64,000 bases of DNA from Nitrospirota bacterium. GTDB lineage: Bacteria; Nitrospirota; JACRHJ01. This document shows, one piece after another, positions 23,149 to 34,751 of this stretch. Location of the stretch: assembly GCA_963733375.1 (NCBI GenBank), contig CAVTDB010000003.1:32001-96000 (forward strand). Reading direction: 5' to 3'. The notes under the pieces were generated by a model. It was not told the DNA's origin. It searched no databases and worked only from the letters and a program-made list of their open reading frames with translations. The translations under genes were made by a program, and so were the position numbers. Each line of letters opens with the position of its first letter. The first letter of the stretch is position 1.

Positions 23149-23835
23149 ATGAACCAGTCTAAAATACTCATAGTCGATGACGAGAAGGCCATCCAGCGTT
23201 TCTTGAGAAATGCTTTAAGCGGCGGGGAATTCGCGCTGCATGAGGCTGAAACCGGGCAGGAAGCCCTTGCGGCGGCGGCACAGCTGCGCCCCGACCTGAT
23301 TATCCTGGACTTGGGGCTCCCGGACATGGACGGCCTGGAAGTCATACACCGGCTCCGGGAGTGGACGAAGATACCCGTAATCGTATTAACGGTGCGTGAA
23401 CGCGAAAGCGACAAGATCTCCGCCCTCGATGCCGGGGCCGACGATTACCTGACAAAGCCTTTCGGGATTGGAGAGCTGCTGGCGAGGATGCGCGCGGCCC
23501 TGAGGCGCTCGGTCCAGGAAGCCTCCGAGCCGGCATATAAAATAGAAGGACTCGAAGTGGACCTGGCCAGGCGCAGGGTGCTTGTCGGGGGGCGGGAAAT
23601 ACAGCTTACGCCGACTGAATACGACGTCCTGAAGCTATTGGTCATGCACGCGGGGAAGGTGCTTACCCACCGCCATATGCTGAGCCAGATATGGGGGCCG
23701 ACTTATCTTGAACAGCCTCATATCCTGCGCGTAACCATCAGCAACCTGCGGCACAAGCTGGAGCCGGAGCCGGAACGCCCCCGCTATATCCTGACGGAGC
23801 CGGGGGTCGGCTATCGCCTTAAAGCAAATTTTTAA
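23149..23835 (+). CDS. kdpE: KdpE-type OmpR-family response regulator
   Basis: ILDLGLPDMDG, ALDAGADDYLTKPF, LTPTEY, HAGKVLTH and ILTEPGVGYRL. Confidence 0.88.
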   Translation: MNQSKILIVDDEKAIQRFLRNALSGGEFALHEAETGQEALAAAAQLRPDLIILDLGLPDMDGLEVIHRLREWTKIPVIVLTVRERESDKISALDAGADDYLTKPFGIGELLARMRAALRRSVQEASEPAYKIEGLEVDLARRRVLVGGREIQLTPTEYDVLKLLVMHAGKVLTHRHMLSQIWGPTYLEQPHILRVTISNLRHKLEPEPERPRYILTEPGVGYRLKANF

Positions 23836-26800
23836 ACCTTCAGCATATCCTGGACTTTCTCAAGAAGCTTATTAATCTTATACGGCTTCTCCAGGACGAG
23901 CGGTCCTGCCCAGCCCCTCCATCAGCTCCTTCATTTCAATCTCATGGTAGCCGCTTAAAAGCAGGATACTTATGTCATCCCTTATATTCCGCATCTCTTT
24001 AGCCGCTTCGTCACCCCGTACATGCGGCATGATCAGGTCCATTATCACGGCGGAAACAGAGTCCCGGTTCTTCTTGAAAATTTCAATGCCCTCGGCCCCG
24101 TCCGCCGCGGTCAGCACTTTATATCCCACGGTCTCAAGCACTTTTTTCGCCATCAGCCGCGAATCCTCTTCATCGTCCACGACCAAGATAGTGCCTTTGC
24201 CATCCCGGATGTCTTCGGTCCCAGGCCTTATTCGCGGCCGCCTCCACCGGCGTCGCGGGGACCGGCAGAAGCACCCGGAAGGTCGCGCCGCAAGCTTCCT
24301 CGGTTTGAAGCCCGATCCCCCCGCCATGCCCGATCGCTATTCCGAATACAGCCGAGAGACCGAGGCCCCGGCCCATGAACTTAGTGGTAAAAAATGGGTC
24401 GAATATCCTCTTTCGCGTCTCCTGGCTCATGCCGCAGCCCGTGTCCGAGACCTCGACATATACGTATCCGCCCTCCGGGAGCCCGGCCGGATGCAGGGTG
24501 TCCAGGTACTGGCGGTCGGCATTTAAAATTCCCGTCGAGATACTTATGGCCCCCTTCTTCTCGCCCAGGGCATCCGAGGCGTTAATGATAAGGTTCATCA
24601 CCACCTGCTGCATGTTCTGCGGGTTGGCCATTATCACGGGGAGGCCGTCCGCCAGGCTATATTCAAGCTCGGCCTTTTTAGAGACGGAGGCTATAAGGAG
24701 GCGCGCCGGTTTCCTTTACTACGTCGTTCAACCGGACCGGCTCTTTATTCTCATCTTTTTTGCCGGTAAAGCTCAGTATCTGCTTTGAGAAACCGGCTAC
24801 CTTTTCCGCCGCGTCTTCTATGCCGGTCAAGTATTCCTTTACAAGGGAATCGTTGCCCAGGGCCCTTATCGCCAGGCCGGCGTTGCCTTCGACGGCGACC
24901 ATCATATTGTTTAAGTCGTGCGCTATGCCTCCCGCCAGGACCCGGAGGCTCTCCAGCTTCTGCGTCCTGAGCGCCTCGTCCTCGAGCCGTTTGCGCTCGC
25001 TGATGTCGCGTGTAACCTTTGAGAAGCCGCGCAGCCTCCCGTCCTCGTCATAAATGGCGGTAATAACCGTATTGGCCCAGAACGCGGACCCGTCCTTCCG
25101 TATCCGCAGGCCTTCTTCCTCCTCATAACTGCCCAGTGAGGCGGCATATTCGAGCTGCCGTGCGGGTTTTCCGTCGAGGACGTCTTCCCTGGGATAAAAG
25201 CACGAGAAATGCCTGCCTAATATCTCAGACTCGGCATAGCCCTTTATCCGCTCGGCCCCCTCATTCCAACTGACTACCTCGCCGGCCGGGCTGAGCATCA
25301 GGATCGCGTAGTCCTGGACGCCGGATACCATCAAACGGAAGCGTTCCTCGCTCTCCCTCAGCGCCTCGTCCGCCCGCCGCTTCTCGGTTACATCGTGAAA
25401 TACCAGGACCACGCCGATGATGTTGCCGCCGCCGTCGCGGATGGGCGCCGCGCTGTCCTCAATCGGTATTTCGCTTCCGTCCTTCCTGATTAAAGCCGTA
25501 TGGTTGGCAAGTCCCACGACATGGCCTTCCTGCAGCACTTTCACTACCGGGTTCTGTACGGGCTTACGTGTCTGTTCATTGATTATATGGAAAACCTTTT
25601 CAAGCGGCTGGCCTTCGGCCTCGGCGGATTCCCAACCCGTAGCCATGCTCCGCGACCGGGTTTAGAAACGTGACGCGGCCTTCTTTGTCCGTCGCGATTA
25701 CCGCATCGCCTATGCTCTTTAGCGTCACGCTCAGCTGCTCGCTCTGCCGCCGGATCTCAAGGTTCATCGCGTCGAGTTCGGCCGTACGCGCGCGGACAAG
25801 ACCTTCGAGTTCCTCCTCGGAGCGCTTCTGCTCGGTAATGTCGGTATTAGTGCCAAACCAGCGGACTACCTTCCCCTCCCCATCCAGTACCGGCATTCCC
25901 CGCGTCAGGAAGGGACGAAATACTCCGTCCGCGCCGCGCAGCGGAAAAACCATCTCGAACGGGTTCCCGGTCGCAATAGAAGCCCGCCATTTATCCATGA
26001 CCCCAGGCAGCGCCACGGGGTCGTGTACAGACTGCCAGCCCCATCCTTCCATCTGCTTTGGCGTGGCGCCTGTATACTCATACCAGCGCTGGTTATACCA
26101 GGATATCCAGCCGTCGGCGTTCGCCATCCAGCACAACTGGGGTATGGCGTCGGCAAAGGTGCGGAACTGCGTTTCACTTTCCTTAAGCGCCTCTTCCGAA
26201 CGGAACTTGGACAGGGCCACGGCCAGATAGCCCGCCAACCTCTCCCAATGGGCGACGGCTTCGGGTGTAAGAAGCCCCTTTCGCCGGTCGTTCAGCTGAA
26301 GGAGTCCCAGCCTTTCCTGGCCGACGCGCAGGGCAATCAGGGCCATCGACTCGTATCCCTCGCCGTTGCACCGGTTGCGCGTGCGGGCCTGCCTGTCGGC
26401 CTCGGTCGTGCTGGCGAGGAGTTCCGTAGTGCCGTTGGTCCAGAAATTGCCGAGTTCCGTGAAGAAGGGTTTCGACGGGTCGAACCGTTCCCGGATGACA
26501 TTCCCGCACATGCAATAAAGCACCGGGTTGCCGACTTCATCCCTGATAATCTCGCCCGCCCCGTCTCTGGCGCAGAGCGAGCTTTCCATCTGGATGAACT
26601 TCGCCGGAAATCCCCGCGCCTCGTAATAAGGGAAGTCGTCTCCATCTTTTAAGCGGATGCCCACGGCCTCGAAGCCGGATTGCTCCTTTATGAAGGTGAC
26701 GACCGACCGGACCAGGTCCCGCGTCCCGGTGCTCTGGTTTACTATGCGCAGGAATTCCACCGTTATCTTGCGTTCCTCTTCCTCCCGCCTGAGCTCGGTG

Positions 26801-27923
26801 ATATCGGTATTATAGACGCGTATGAACCCCATCTCGGGCGCATAAGATAACGACTGGTTGAAGACTAATCCGCCCACTTCGAAATCCCGTACAATTTTCC
26901 GCCTTTGGCCTTTTTTAAATTCGGCAATCACCGAAGGCCAATCTTTTAATAGCGGATGCCTGCCTGTTTCCAGGAATTCAGGGAAAGCCTTCTTCGCGGC
27001 GGAGTTTACGTATGTAATATTCCCTTCGATATCAGTCTTGATAATGAAGTTTGGGTTCAGTTCGGGAAATGACGCCAGATGGGCAACCCGCTCCTCCGCC
27101 CGCTTGCGCTCGGTGATATTATCAAAGACGGCCACGAAGTATTCTTTTGCCGGGCTGTAAACCGAGATGGAAAACCATATTCCCAAAGATCTTACTTCAG
27201 TTTCGAACCTCTCTGGCTGGCCCGTCAACGCGACGCGGCCGTAAATCTCGAATAACTCCGGATTCGATTCTCTTACCCCCGGAATGACCTCGGTCACTTT
27301 TTTACCGATTACGTTTTTCAGGCCGGTCAATTTTCCGAATGCGCTATTGACGTCGAGATAGACGAAATCTTCCGGACGGCCTGCTCATCATAAAGCATCC
27401 TGCAATATGCGAAGCCGTCCAACATGTTTTCAAAAAGCGACCGATAATGCTCCTCGCTTGCGCGTACTGCCTCCTCCGCCCGTTTGCGCTCGGCCTCCGC
27501 CCTGTGTTTTTCCGTTACGTCGTGGAATACGATGACTACCCCGATGGTAATCGCCGCCGGAGTCGCGGATGGGCGCTGCGCTGTCTTCGATGGGGATCTT
27601 TTTCCGCCCCGTCTTTCCTTATCAGGGTAGCAGCTATGGTTGGCCAGACCTACGACATGGCCTTCGCGCAGGACGCGTTCCACCGGGTTCTCGGTGAGCT
27701 TCTGCGTTTCTGCTCATTGATGATATGGAAAACCTTTTCGAGCGGCTGGCCTTCAGCCTCGGCGGATTTCCAGCCCGTCGCCCTCTCTGCGACCGGGTTC
27801 AGGAAACGTGACGTGGCCTTCCCTGTCCGCCGCGATTACTGTGTCACCTATACTTTCAAGGGTTACGCTGAGCCATTCGCGCTGCTGCCTGAGCTGTTCG
27901 GCGGCTTCCTTGTCTCTCATCAT
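23832..27923 (-). CDS. Large multi-PAS + GAF hybrid histidine kinase with C-terminal REC (about 6 frameshifted pieces)
   Basis: Several PAS/PAC domains, GAF with CMCGNVI, H-box LAGGIAHDLNN, FTTKFMGRGLGLS and REC ILVVDDE...MDLIMP. Confidence 0.85.
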
Positions 27924-28264
27924 TGCAGACCTCGGTTTTACATATCTTTATTTTTTGTCAGGGGATTTGCGGGACGAGTTGGCGTACGTGGACGGTTGCG
28001 AGTATGAAGGCCTTTCCCCGTGGACTTGACTGCAATAATTTTCAATTAATGCGAAGTTGTGTAATTGTATCATAATAAGTAAAAAAATAACAACCGTGGC
28101 GAATATAAAAATTTTCCTGAAATCGCGTACGCCTGGTTTTAATTAATTTACTTTAAACTGGACAAAATAATGACCCATATAATAATATTATCCGTCTTAT
28201 CAATTAAATCATAAATTTAATAAGGCCTGAACTCCACGGGAGATTATTATGGCTCGAGCACGGG

Positions 28265-28888
28265 ATGGATAATTTAATTGCGATGATCCTCGAGGGCGAC
28301 TGCGCCGCATCGGTTTCACAGGCCAAAGCCCTGCTCGAAGAGGGGGTCAGCCCAAAACAGATCGTCACGGGCGGCATCGAGGCCGCCATGTCCACGTTGA
28401 ACGCAAAATGCACCCTTGAACAGTTCAACCTGCTGGAGATCATGCTGGCGGGCCGCGCGGTCATGGAGATAATGAAATTTCTTAACCTGGCCGGCCCGGC
28501 GATGGGGCGGCAAGGGACAATCCTAACTGCCACCCGGCAAGGTGATATCCACGACTTAGGCAAAAACGTCCTTAAAACGGTACTTATCGGCAGGGGATAT
28601 AATGTCGTGGACTGCGGCAAGGACTGCCCTTTGCAAAAGCTTATCGAGACCGCGGTAAAGGAGCAGCCCCTGGCAGTCGCCATCAGCGGCCTTATTACCC
28701 CCATCATCCCGCTGGTGAGACAGGTAAAGGACCTCCTTTTCATCCGGGGCTTAAGCGACGTGAAGGTAATCGCCGGAGGCGCGGCGTTAAAGCAGTCATC
28801 AAATGACAGGCTGAATGTCGATTTCCTGGCTGAATCGGCATTTGACGTCCTTCCCTATCTTGACGGGTTGACCGGGGGGACGCCATGA
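28265..28888 (+). CDS. Corrinoid (B12-binding) protein, MtaC/MttC-like
   Basis: Four-helix cap followed by GDIHDLGKN (DxHxxG), ISGL and IAGG. Confidence 0.9.
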   Translation: MDNLIAMILEGDCAASVSQAKALLEEGVSPKQIVTGGIEAAMSTLNAKCTLEQFNLLEIMLAGRAVMEIMKFLNLAGPAMGRQGTILTATRQGDIHDLGKNVLKTVLIGRGYNVVDCGKDCPLQKLIETAVKEQPLAVAISGLITPIIPLVRQVKDLLFIRGLSDVKVIAGGAALKQSSNDRLNVDFLAESAFDVLPYLDGLTGGTP

Positions 28889-29893
28889 ACAGCCTGGAAC
28901 GGGTGAGCGCCGCCGTCAATTTCAGACAGACGGACCGGGTGCCGGTAATCGCCCAGGTGTTCGGCCACGCGGCAACGCTCTCTGGCGTGCCTGTGAGTGA
29001 TTACGTACGCGACGGCGGAACGCTTGCGAAGTGTCAGTTACAGGCACTCAAGCGGTACGGTTATGACGCGGTCTTCTCGGTGATGGACGTGAGCGTGGAG
29101 ACCGAAGCGGCGGGCTCGGTCTTGCGTTACCCGAAGACAATTATCCCGTGGTCGAGAAATACGCATTCTCCGCCGACGGCGACCGGGACGGCCTTTCCAT
29201 CCCGGACCCGCATAAAGACGGCCGGATGCCGGAAATGCTAAGGGCGCTGGAAATCCTGAGGCGGAAGACCAATGGCGAGACGCTGGTGGTCGGCTGCGTC
29301 ATGGGCCCATTTACGCTTACTACGCAGCTCCTCGGCATGGAGGACGCGCTTTATATGGCGGTTGACGACGCGCCACGCATGGAGCGTCTGATGGATTTTG
29401 CAACCGAGACTATTATCCGGTTCGGCAAGGCCCAGCTCGAAGCGGGAGCGCATCTGCCCATAGTCTTCAACCCTTCCGCATCGCCCGCCGTTATCCCGCC
29501 GCAATTTTTCCGGGAATTCGAACTGCCCAGGCTTGGGCGGATATTCAAGGCCTTCATGGAAAGCGGCTCCCTGGCAAACTGGCTTCATATCGCGGGCCCT
29601 GTCGGTCCGATCCTGCCGTATTATAATACCGCCGGAGTCACTATAGCGAACTTCGATTACTGCATAAGCCCCGAGACCGCGATGGAAGGACTCCCCGCCG
29701 TCTGCGTTGACGGAAATATCAAACCCGTAACTTTTGTGGACGGCACCCGGCAGACATCGAATCGGACGCCGTGAACCTGCTCGGCGCTTTCAAAAAGCGC
29801 GGAGGCTTTATCCTTTCCTCGGGCTGCGAAATCCCTCCCGAATCAAGACCGGAGAATATAGCCGCGATGGTCGATTCGGTCCGGGCAAGGTAA
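28885..29893 (+). CDS. MtaA/CmuA-like (URO-D family) methyltransferase homologue (frameshifted)
   Basis: MNSLERV, DRVPVI, VETEAAG, GPFTLT, NPSAS, GNIKP and FILSSGCEIP across three frames. Confidence 0.85.
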
Positions 29894-29899
29894 CCTAAG

Positions 29900-31489
29900 A
29901 TGCCGCAGCTCACGGTTATTACAAATGATATAGCGCGGAAGATATCCTTCAATAAAGGGGACTCTCTCCGCGAACTTTTATCCGGCGCCGGCCTCAGGGT
30001 CCGTTCCGGATGTCTGGGGAACGGGGCCTGCGGCCTGTGCCTTGTGCAGGTTGAGGCCGGGAATGCTGGCGAGCCGACCAAAACCGAACTCATAAGCCTG
30101 TCTCCCGAACAGCTGGCGGCTGACGTGCGACTTGCCTGCCAGTTAAAGCCGGAGGGCGACCTCCGCGTCAGGATTATAGACTCCGCCTCGACATCCCATT
30201 GGCGGGACCTGGGCCCTGGCCCATTCACCCCGGCGGATATCGGCCCTTCGGCCGGTGCGTCCTCCGAAACCGCATATGGCCTGGCGGTGGACCTGGGGAC
30301 GACCCATATCAGCCTCTCCCTCTGGGACTTAAACCTGGAAGCAGGCTTGCCGGGCGCATTGGCTTAAACCCCCAGTCCATCTGCGGCCAGGACGTGGTGA
30401 CGCGCTTGATCGCCGCCGGGCAGTCGCCGGAAAATGCAGGCAAGATCGCCAGGATGCCGCTCGACGCCCTCTACGAGGGCTTACTGGATATGTGCTCACG
30501 GGAAGGTTTCGGCCTCCGGGACGTGGTCCGGGCCGTCATCGTAGGCAATACCGCCATGCTTGCCCTGCTGACGGGATCAGACCCCCGGATATTACTTCTG
30601 CCTGATTCCTGGACACTGCCGGTCGACCTGAACCAGGACTACGCCAAAGCCTGGGCGGAGGCCATCGGGCTAAGTCCAAAGGCGGTGGTGGATGTAGTTT
30701 CACCTCTCGCGGGGTTCGTGGGCTCAGACCTTCTTGCCGGAGTGGTCGCCACGCGCCTGACGGAGCGGCCGGGCAGCCTTTTGATAGATTTCGGGACGAA
30801 CTCGGAGATGGCGCTCTGGGACGGCGGGACGCTATGGGTGACATCCGCCGCGGGCGGGCCGGCGTTTGAAAGCTGTGGGATGCAGTGCGGCATGCCCGCG
30901 GAGCCGGGCGCAATCTACCGCGTTACTCGGCAACAGGAAGGCGAAATGGATTTTCAGGTAATAGGCGGCGGCGAGGCCAAAGGGCTCTGCGGTTCAGGAC
31001 TGGTAGACCTTATTGCCTTGCTGTGCGACTGCGGGGGAATTGAAGCCCACCGGGAAGTTTGATTCCGGGGACGGTTTTGCCGTCCAGAAGGAAGGTCCGG
31101 CAATCCGCCTCACCAAGGGAGACGTGGACATGTTTCAGCGTGCGAAGGCGGCTATCGGCGTCGGGATAAAGACGCTCTTGGGGAAGGCGCAGATAGGAGC
31201 GGACGGCCTTCGGCGCGTATGCGTATGCGGGGTGTTCGGCGCCCGGCTGAATACCCGGAACGCACGGAAAGTCGGTCTCCTGCCGGATATCCCGGACGAA
31301 CGGATCGAACTTTGCGGGAATACCGCGCTGGCCGGATGCGAAAGCCTGCTCCTGTCGCCGGAATGGAAGCGGAGTTGGCAGCGGCTTAGAGGACGGACGG
31401 CCATCATCAACCTCTCACATATACCGGATTTCGAGGAGCTTTTCCTGGAGAACCTGTACCTGCGGCCGATGAAGGTGGACAAGGCATGA
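29900..31489 (+). CDS. RACo-type ASKHA corrinoid activator (DUF4445) with 2Fe-2S domain (frameshifted)
   Basis: CLGNGACGLC...RLAC, AVDLGTT, DFGTNSEM, SAAGGPAFE, GLCGSG and GNTALAG. Confidence 0.9.
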
Positions 31490-34238
31490 AAAATATACAA
31501 TACGACAGCGCACAGTTGTTCGAGGCCTTCGTCAAATCGGCCCAGTATCTTGTCCGCCTCAATTCACGAGCTGGACGTCTGGGAACACTTAGGCAAGTTT
31601 ATAGCGACTTACTTTCCCGCGGATTGGACCGCCCTGGTGCAGCAAGACCCCGTGGACGGGGTCTTTGTCCAGCACTGCACACTGCCCGAAGAGGCCGCCG
31701 CGCTGATCATCCGCACGGATGGAGTAAAGACACTCATAGCCGACGCGCTTGACACCGGCTTTCTGGCAACGGAGGTCATCCTCACCCCTCGGCCATCCAT
31801 GACCGCCTTCCTTCCCATCGCGGGGGAACAAAAAGTCATACTGATAGGCCACGAGACTACCGGGCCGATTTCGAAAGAGCTGCTTAATACCTACCTCGCG
31901 ATAGCCGGCATGGCAGCCACGACCTTCGAGCGGCTACGTGCCGAGGAAGCGCTCCGGCTGGCGGGCAGCTATAACCGGAACCTCCTGGAAGCGAGCCTCG
32001 ACCCGCTCGTCACCATCGGCCCGGACGGAAAAGTGACGGACGTGAACGCGGCGACGGAGACGGTTACAGGATATTCCAGGGACCGCCTCATCGGGACCGA
32101 CTTCTCGGACTATTTCACGGAGCCGGATAAGGCGCGCGCGGGGTACCAGCAGGTTTTCCGCGAGGGCGCGGTCAGGGATTACCCGCTTGAAGTAAGGCAT
32201 AAAGACGGACGCATAACGCCCGTGCTTTACAACGCGTCGGTCTATAAAGACGACTCCGGAAACGTCATAGGCGTGTTCGCCGCCGCCCGCGATATTACGG
32301 AGATGAAGCGGGCGGAAGGTATACTCAAGAACCTCGCTTCCCAAAACAAGCTTATACTGGATTCCGCGGGCGAAGGCATATTGGGGATGGACGCGTCTGG
32401 AAGGCACACGTTCGCAAACCCCGCGGCGGCCAGGATGCTGGGCTGGGAGGCTCGAAGAGCTTATCGGCAGGCAGAGCCACTCGATATGGCACCATACCAG
32501 GCCGGACGGCAGCCCATATCCTGAAGAGGAGTGTAATATCCATGCCTCGTCCCGGTACGGCGTCGCCCACCATGAATCCGAAGAGGTGTTCTGGAAAAAG
32601 GACGGCACTTCCATCCCGGTCGAGTATACGAGCACGCCGGTCTGGGAAGACGGCAAGCCTGTCGGGGTAGTCGTCACCTTCAACGACATAACCGAGCGCA
32701 AGCGGGCCGAGGAAGCGCTGCAGGTATCTGAAAAACGTTACCGCATGCTGTTCGACACAATCGACGAAGGCTTCTGTATCGTCGAGATGATATTTGATGA
32801 ACACGAACGTCCGGTCGATTACCGCTTTCTGGAGATTAATCCGTCGTTCGAGAAACAAACGGGATTAGTCGGTGCGCAGGGCAAGAGAATGCGCGAACTT
32901 GCCCCGCAGCACGAGGAGTTTTGGTTTGAGACTTACGGAAAAATCGCGTTAACTGGCGAACCGGCCCGTTTTCAGAACCTTGCCGAACAACTGAGCCGGT
33001 GGTATGACGTTTACGCCTTCCGTTTCGGCCAGCCGGAAAACCGGCAGGTTGCCATCCTTTTTAACGACATCACCGAGCGCAGGCTTACGGAAGAGGCGCT
33101 CCGGGAGAGCGAGGAGAAGTTCAGACTCCTGGTTGACAGTGCGCAGGACTATGCGATTGTAATGCTGGGCACCGACGGACGGGTTGTGAGCTGGAACGCG
33201 GGCGCACAGAGGATGAAGGGATATACCGCCTCTGAGATAATCGGAAAACATTTTTCGTGTTTTTATCCCGAAGACGATGTCCGCGCCGGAAAGCCCGGGC
33301 GTGAGCTTAAAATCGCCTCGGAGACCGGGAGGTTTGAAGACGAAGGCCTGAGGGTGCGCAAGGACGGGTCACACTTCCAGGCCAATGTCGTAATCAACGC
33401 CATCAGGGACAAGTCCGGGAAACTGCGCGGCTTTTCAAAGATTACCAGAGACGTTACCGAGCGGAAACAGGCCGAGGACGAGATAAAGAAGCTGAACGAG
33501 GACCTGGAGCAGAGGGTCGTGGAGCGGACGACGGAAGTTACGGCGGTTAACAAGGAACTTGAGGCTTTTACATATTCGGTGTCTCACGACCTGCGGGCCC
33601 CGCTTCGGCACATACACGGGTTCGTTGACCTTCTTATCCAGAACTCCAGCCAGAGCCTGGACGATAAAGGCAAGAGATATCTTACGACGATATCCAAGGC
33701 GGCATCCCAGATGGGGAACCTTGTGGACGACCTCCTTACCTTTTCCCGGATGGGTCGCACCGAGATAAAGAAGCATTCCATAGACCTGGAAAACCTGGTT
33801 CACGGCGTGATCGACGAGATGAGGTATGAGCTGAGGGAAAGGGATATAGAGTGGAAGGTAGGCAGCCTCGCGCCGGTTTACGGCGACCCATCCCTGCTCA
33901 GGCTTGTGATGGTAAACCTGATATCCAACGCGGTGAAGTTCACAAGGCATCGGGACAAGGCGGTGATTGAGATAGGCTCCTATACCGAAGCCGGCGGCGG
34001 GGATGTGGTGTACGTCAAGGATAACGGCGTAGGGTTCGACATGCGGTACGTGGACAAGCTCTTTGGCGTGTTCCAGAGGCTCCACAGTATCGAGGAGTTT
34101 GAAGGGACCGGCATCGGGCTCGCCAATATCCGGAGGATTATAGGCCGGCACGGCGGCAGGACCTGGGCCGAGGGCGCGTTAGGCACGGGTGCGGCATTTT
34201 ATTTTTCCTTGCCTTCTATGGACGGGGATAATGTATAA
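31486..34238 (+). CDS. Cytoplasmic sensor histidine kinase with GAF-like N-terminus and PAS domains (frameshifted)
   Basis: ATGA overlap with the RACo stop; about four PAS/PAC domains; FTYSVSHDLRAPLRH, DNGVGFD, FQRLH and GTGIGLA. Confidence 0.88.
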
Positions 34239-34282
34239 TCTATAATGACGTATGATTTTACGGGTTATAAGAGAGGAAACCG

Positions 34283-34750
34283 ATGACAAGGAACGCTGAA
34301 TTAAAAAGGATACTGCTTGCGGACGACAACCCTAACGATGTCGAGCTGACGCTTGAGGCGCTCGAACAATATAACCTGGCAAACGAGGTCATGGTGGTAA
34401 AGGACGGGGCCGACGCGCTCGATTACCTTTACAGGCGCGGGGCGTACGATGAGCGCACGGGCGGCGATCCGGCGGTTATACTGCTGGACCTGAAGATGCC
34501 CAAAGTGGACGGGCTGGAGGTGCTTCGGCAGATAAAATCGGACCCGGCTCTTAAATGCGTCCCGGTCGTCGTCCTGACCTCCTCCCACGAGGAGAGGGAC
34601 CTGGTTGACAGCTACAACCTGGGCACGAACGCATACGTGGTAAAGCCCGTGGACTTCAAGGACTTCGTAGAGGCGATAAAGGGCCTGGGCTCCTTCTGGG
34701 CGGTATTGAACGAGCCTCCGGCGGGATGCGTCAGAAGAGAGAAAAGCTAA
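34283..34750 (+). CDS. Single-domain response regulator (Rcp1-like)
   Basis: ILLADDN, LLDLKMPKVDGLEVL, VVVLTSS and YVVKPV. Confidence 0.92.
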   Translation: MTRNAELKRILLADDNPNDVELTLEALEQYNLANEVMVVKDGADALDYLYRRGAYDERTGGDPAVILLDLKMPKVDGLEVLRQIKSDPALKCVPVVVLTSSHEERDLVDSYNLGTNAYVVKPVDFKDFVEAIKGLGSFWAVLNEPPAGCVRREKS

Positions 34751-34751
34751 A

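Noticed and set aside
27924-28264. Cobalamin riboswitch upstream of the corrinoid operon
   Set aside because: The region is an AT-rich divergent intergenic stretch with no recognisable B12 box.
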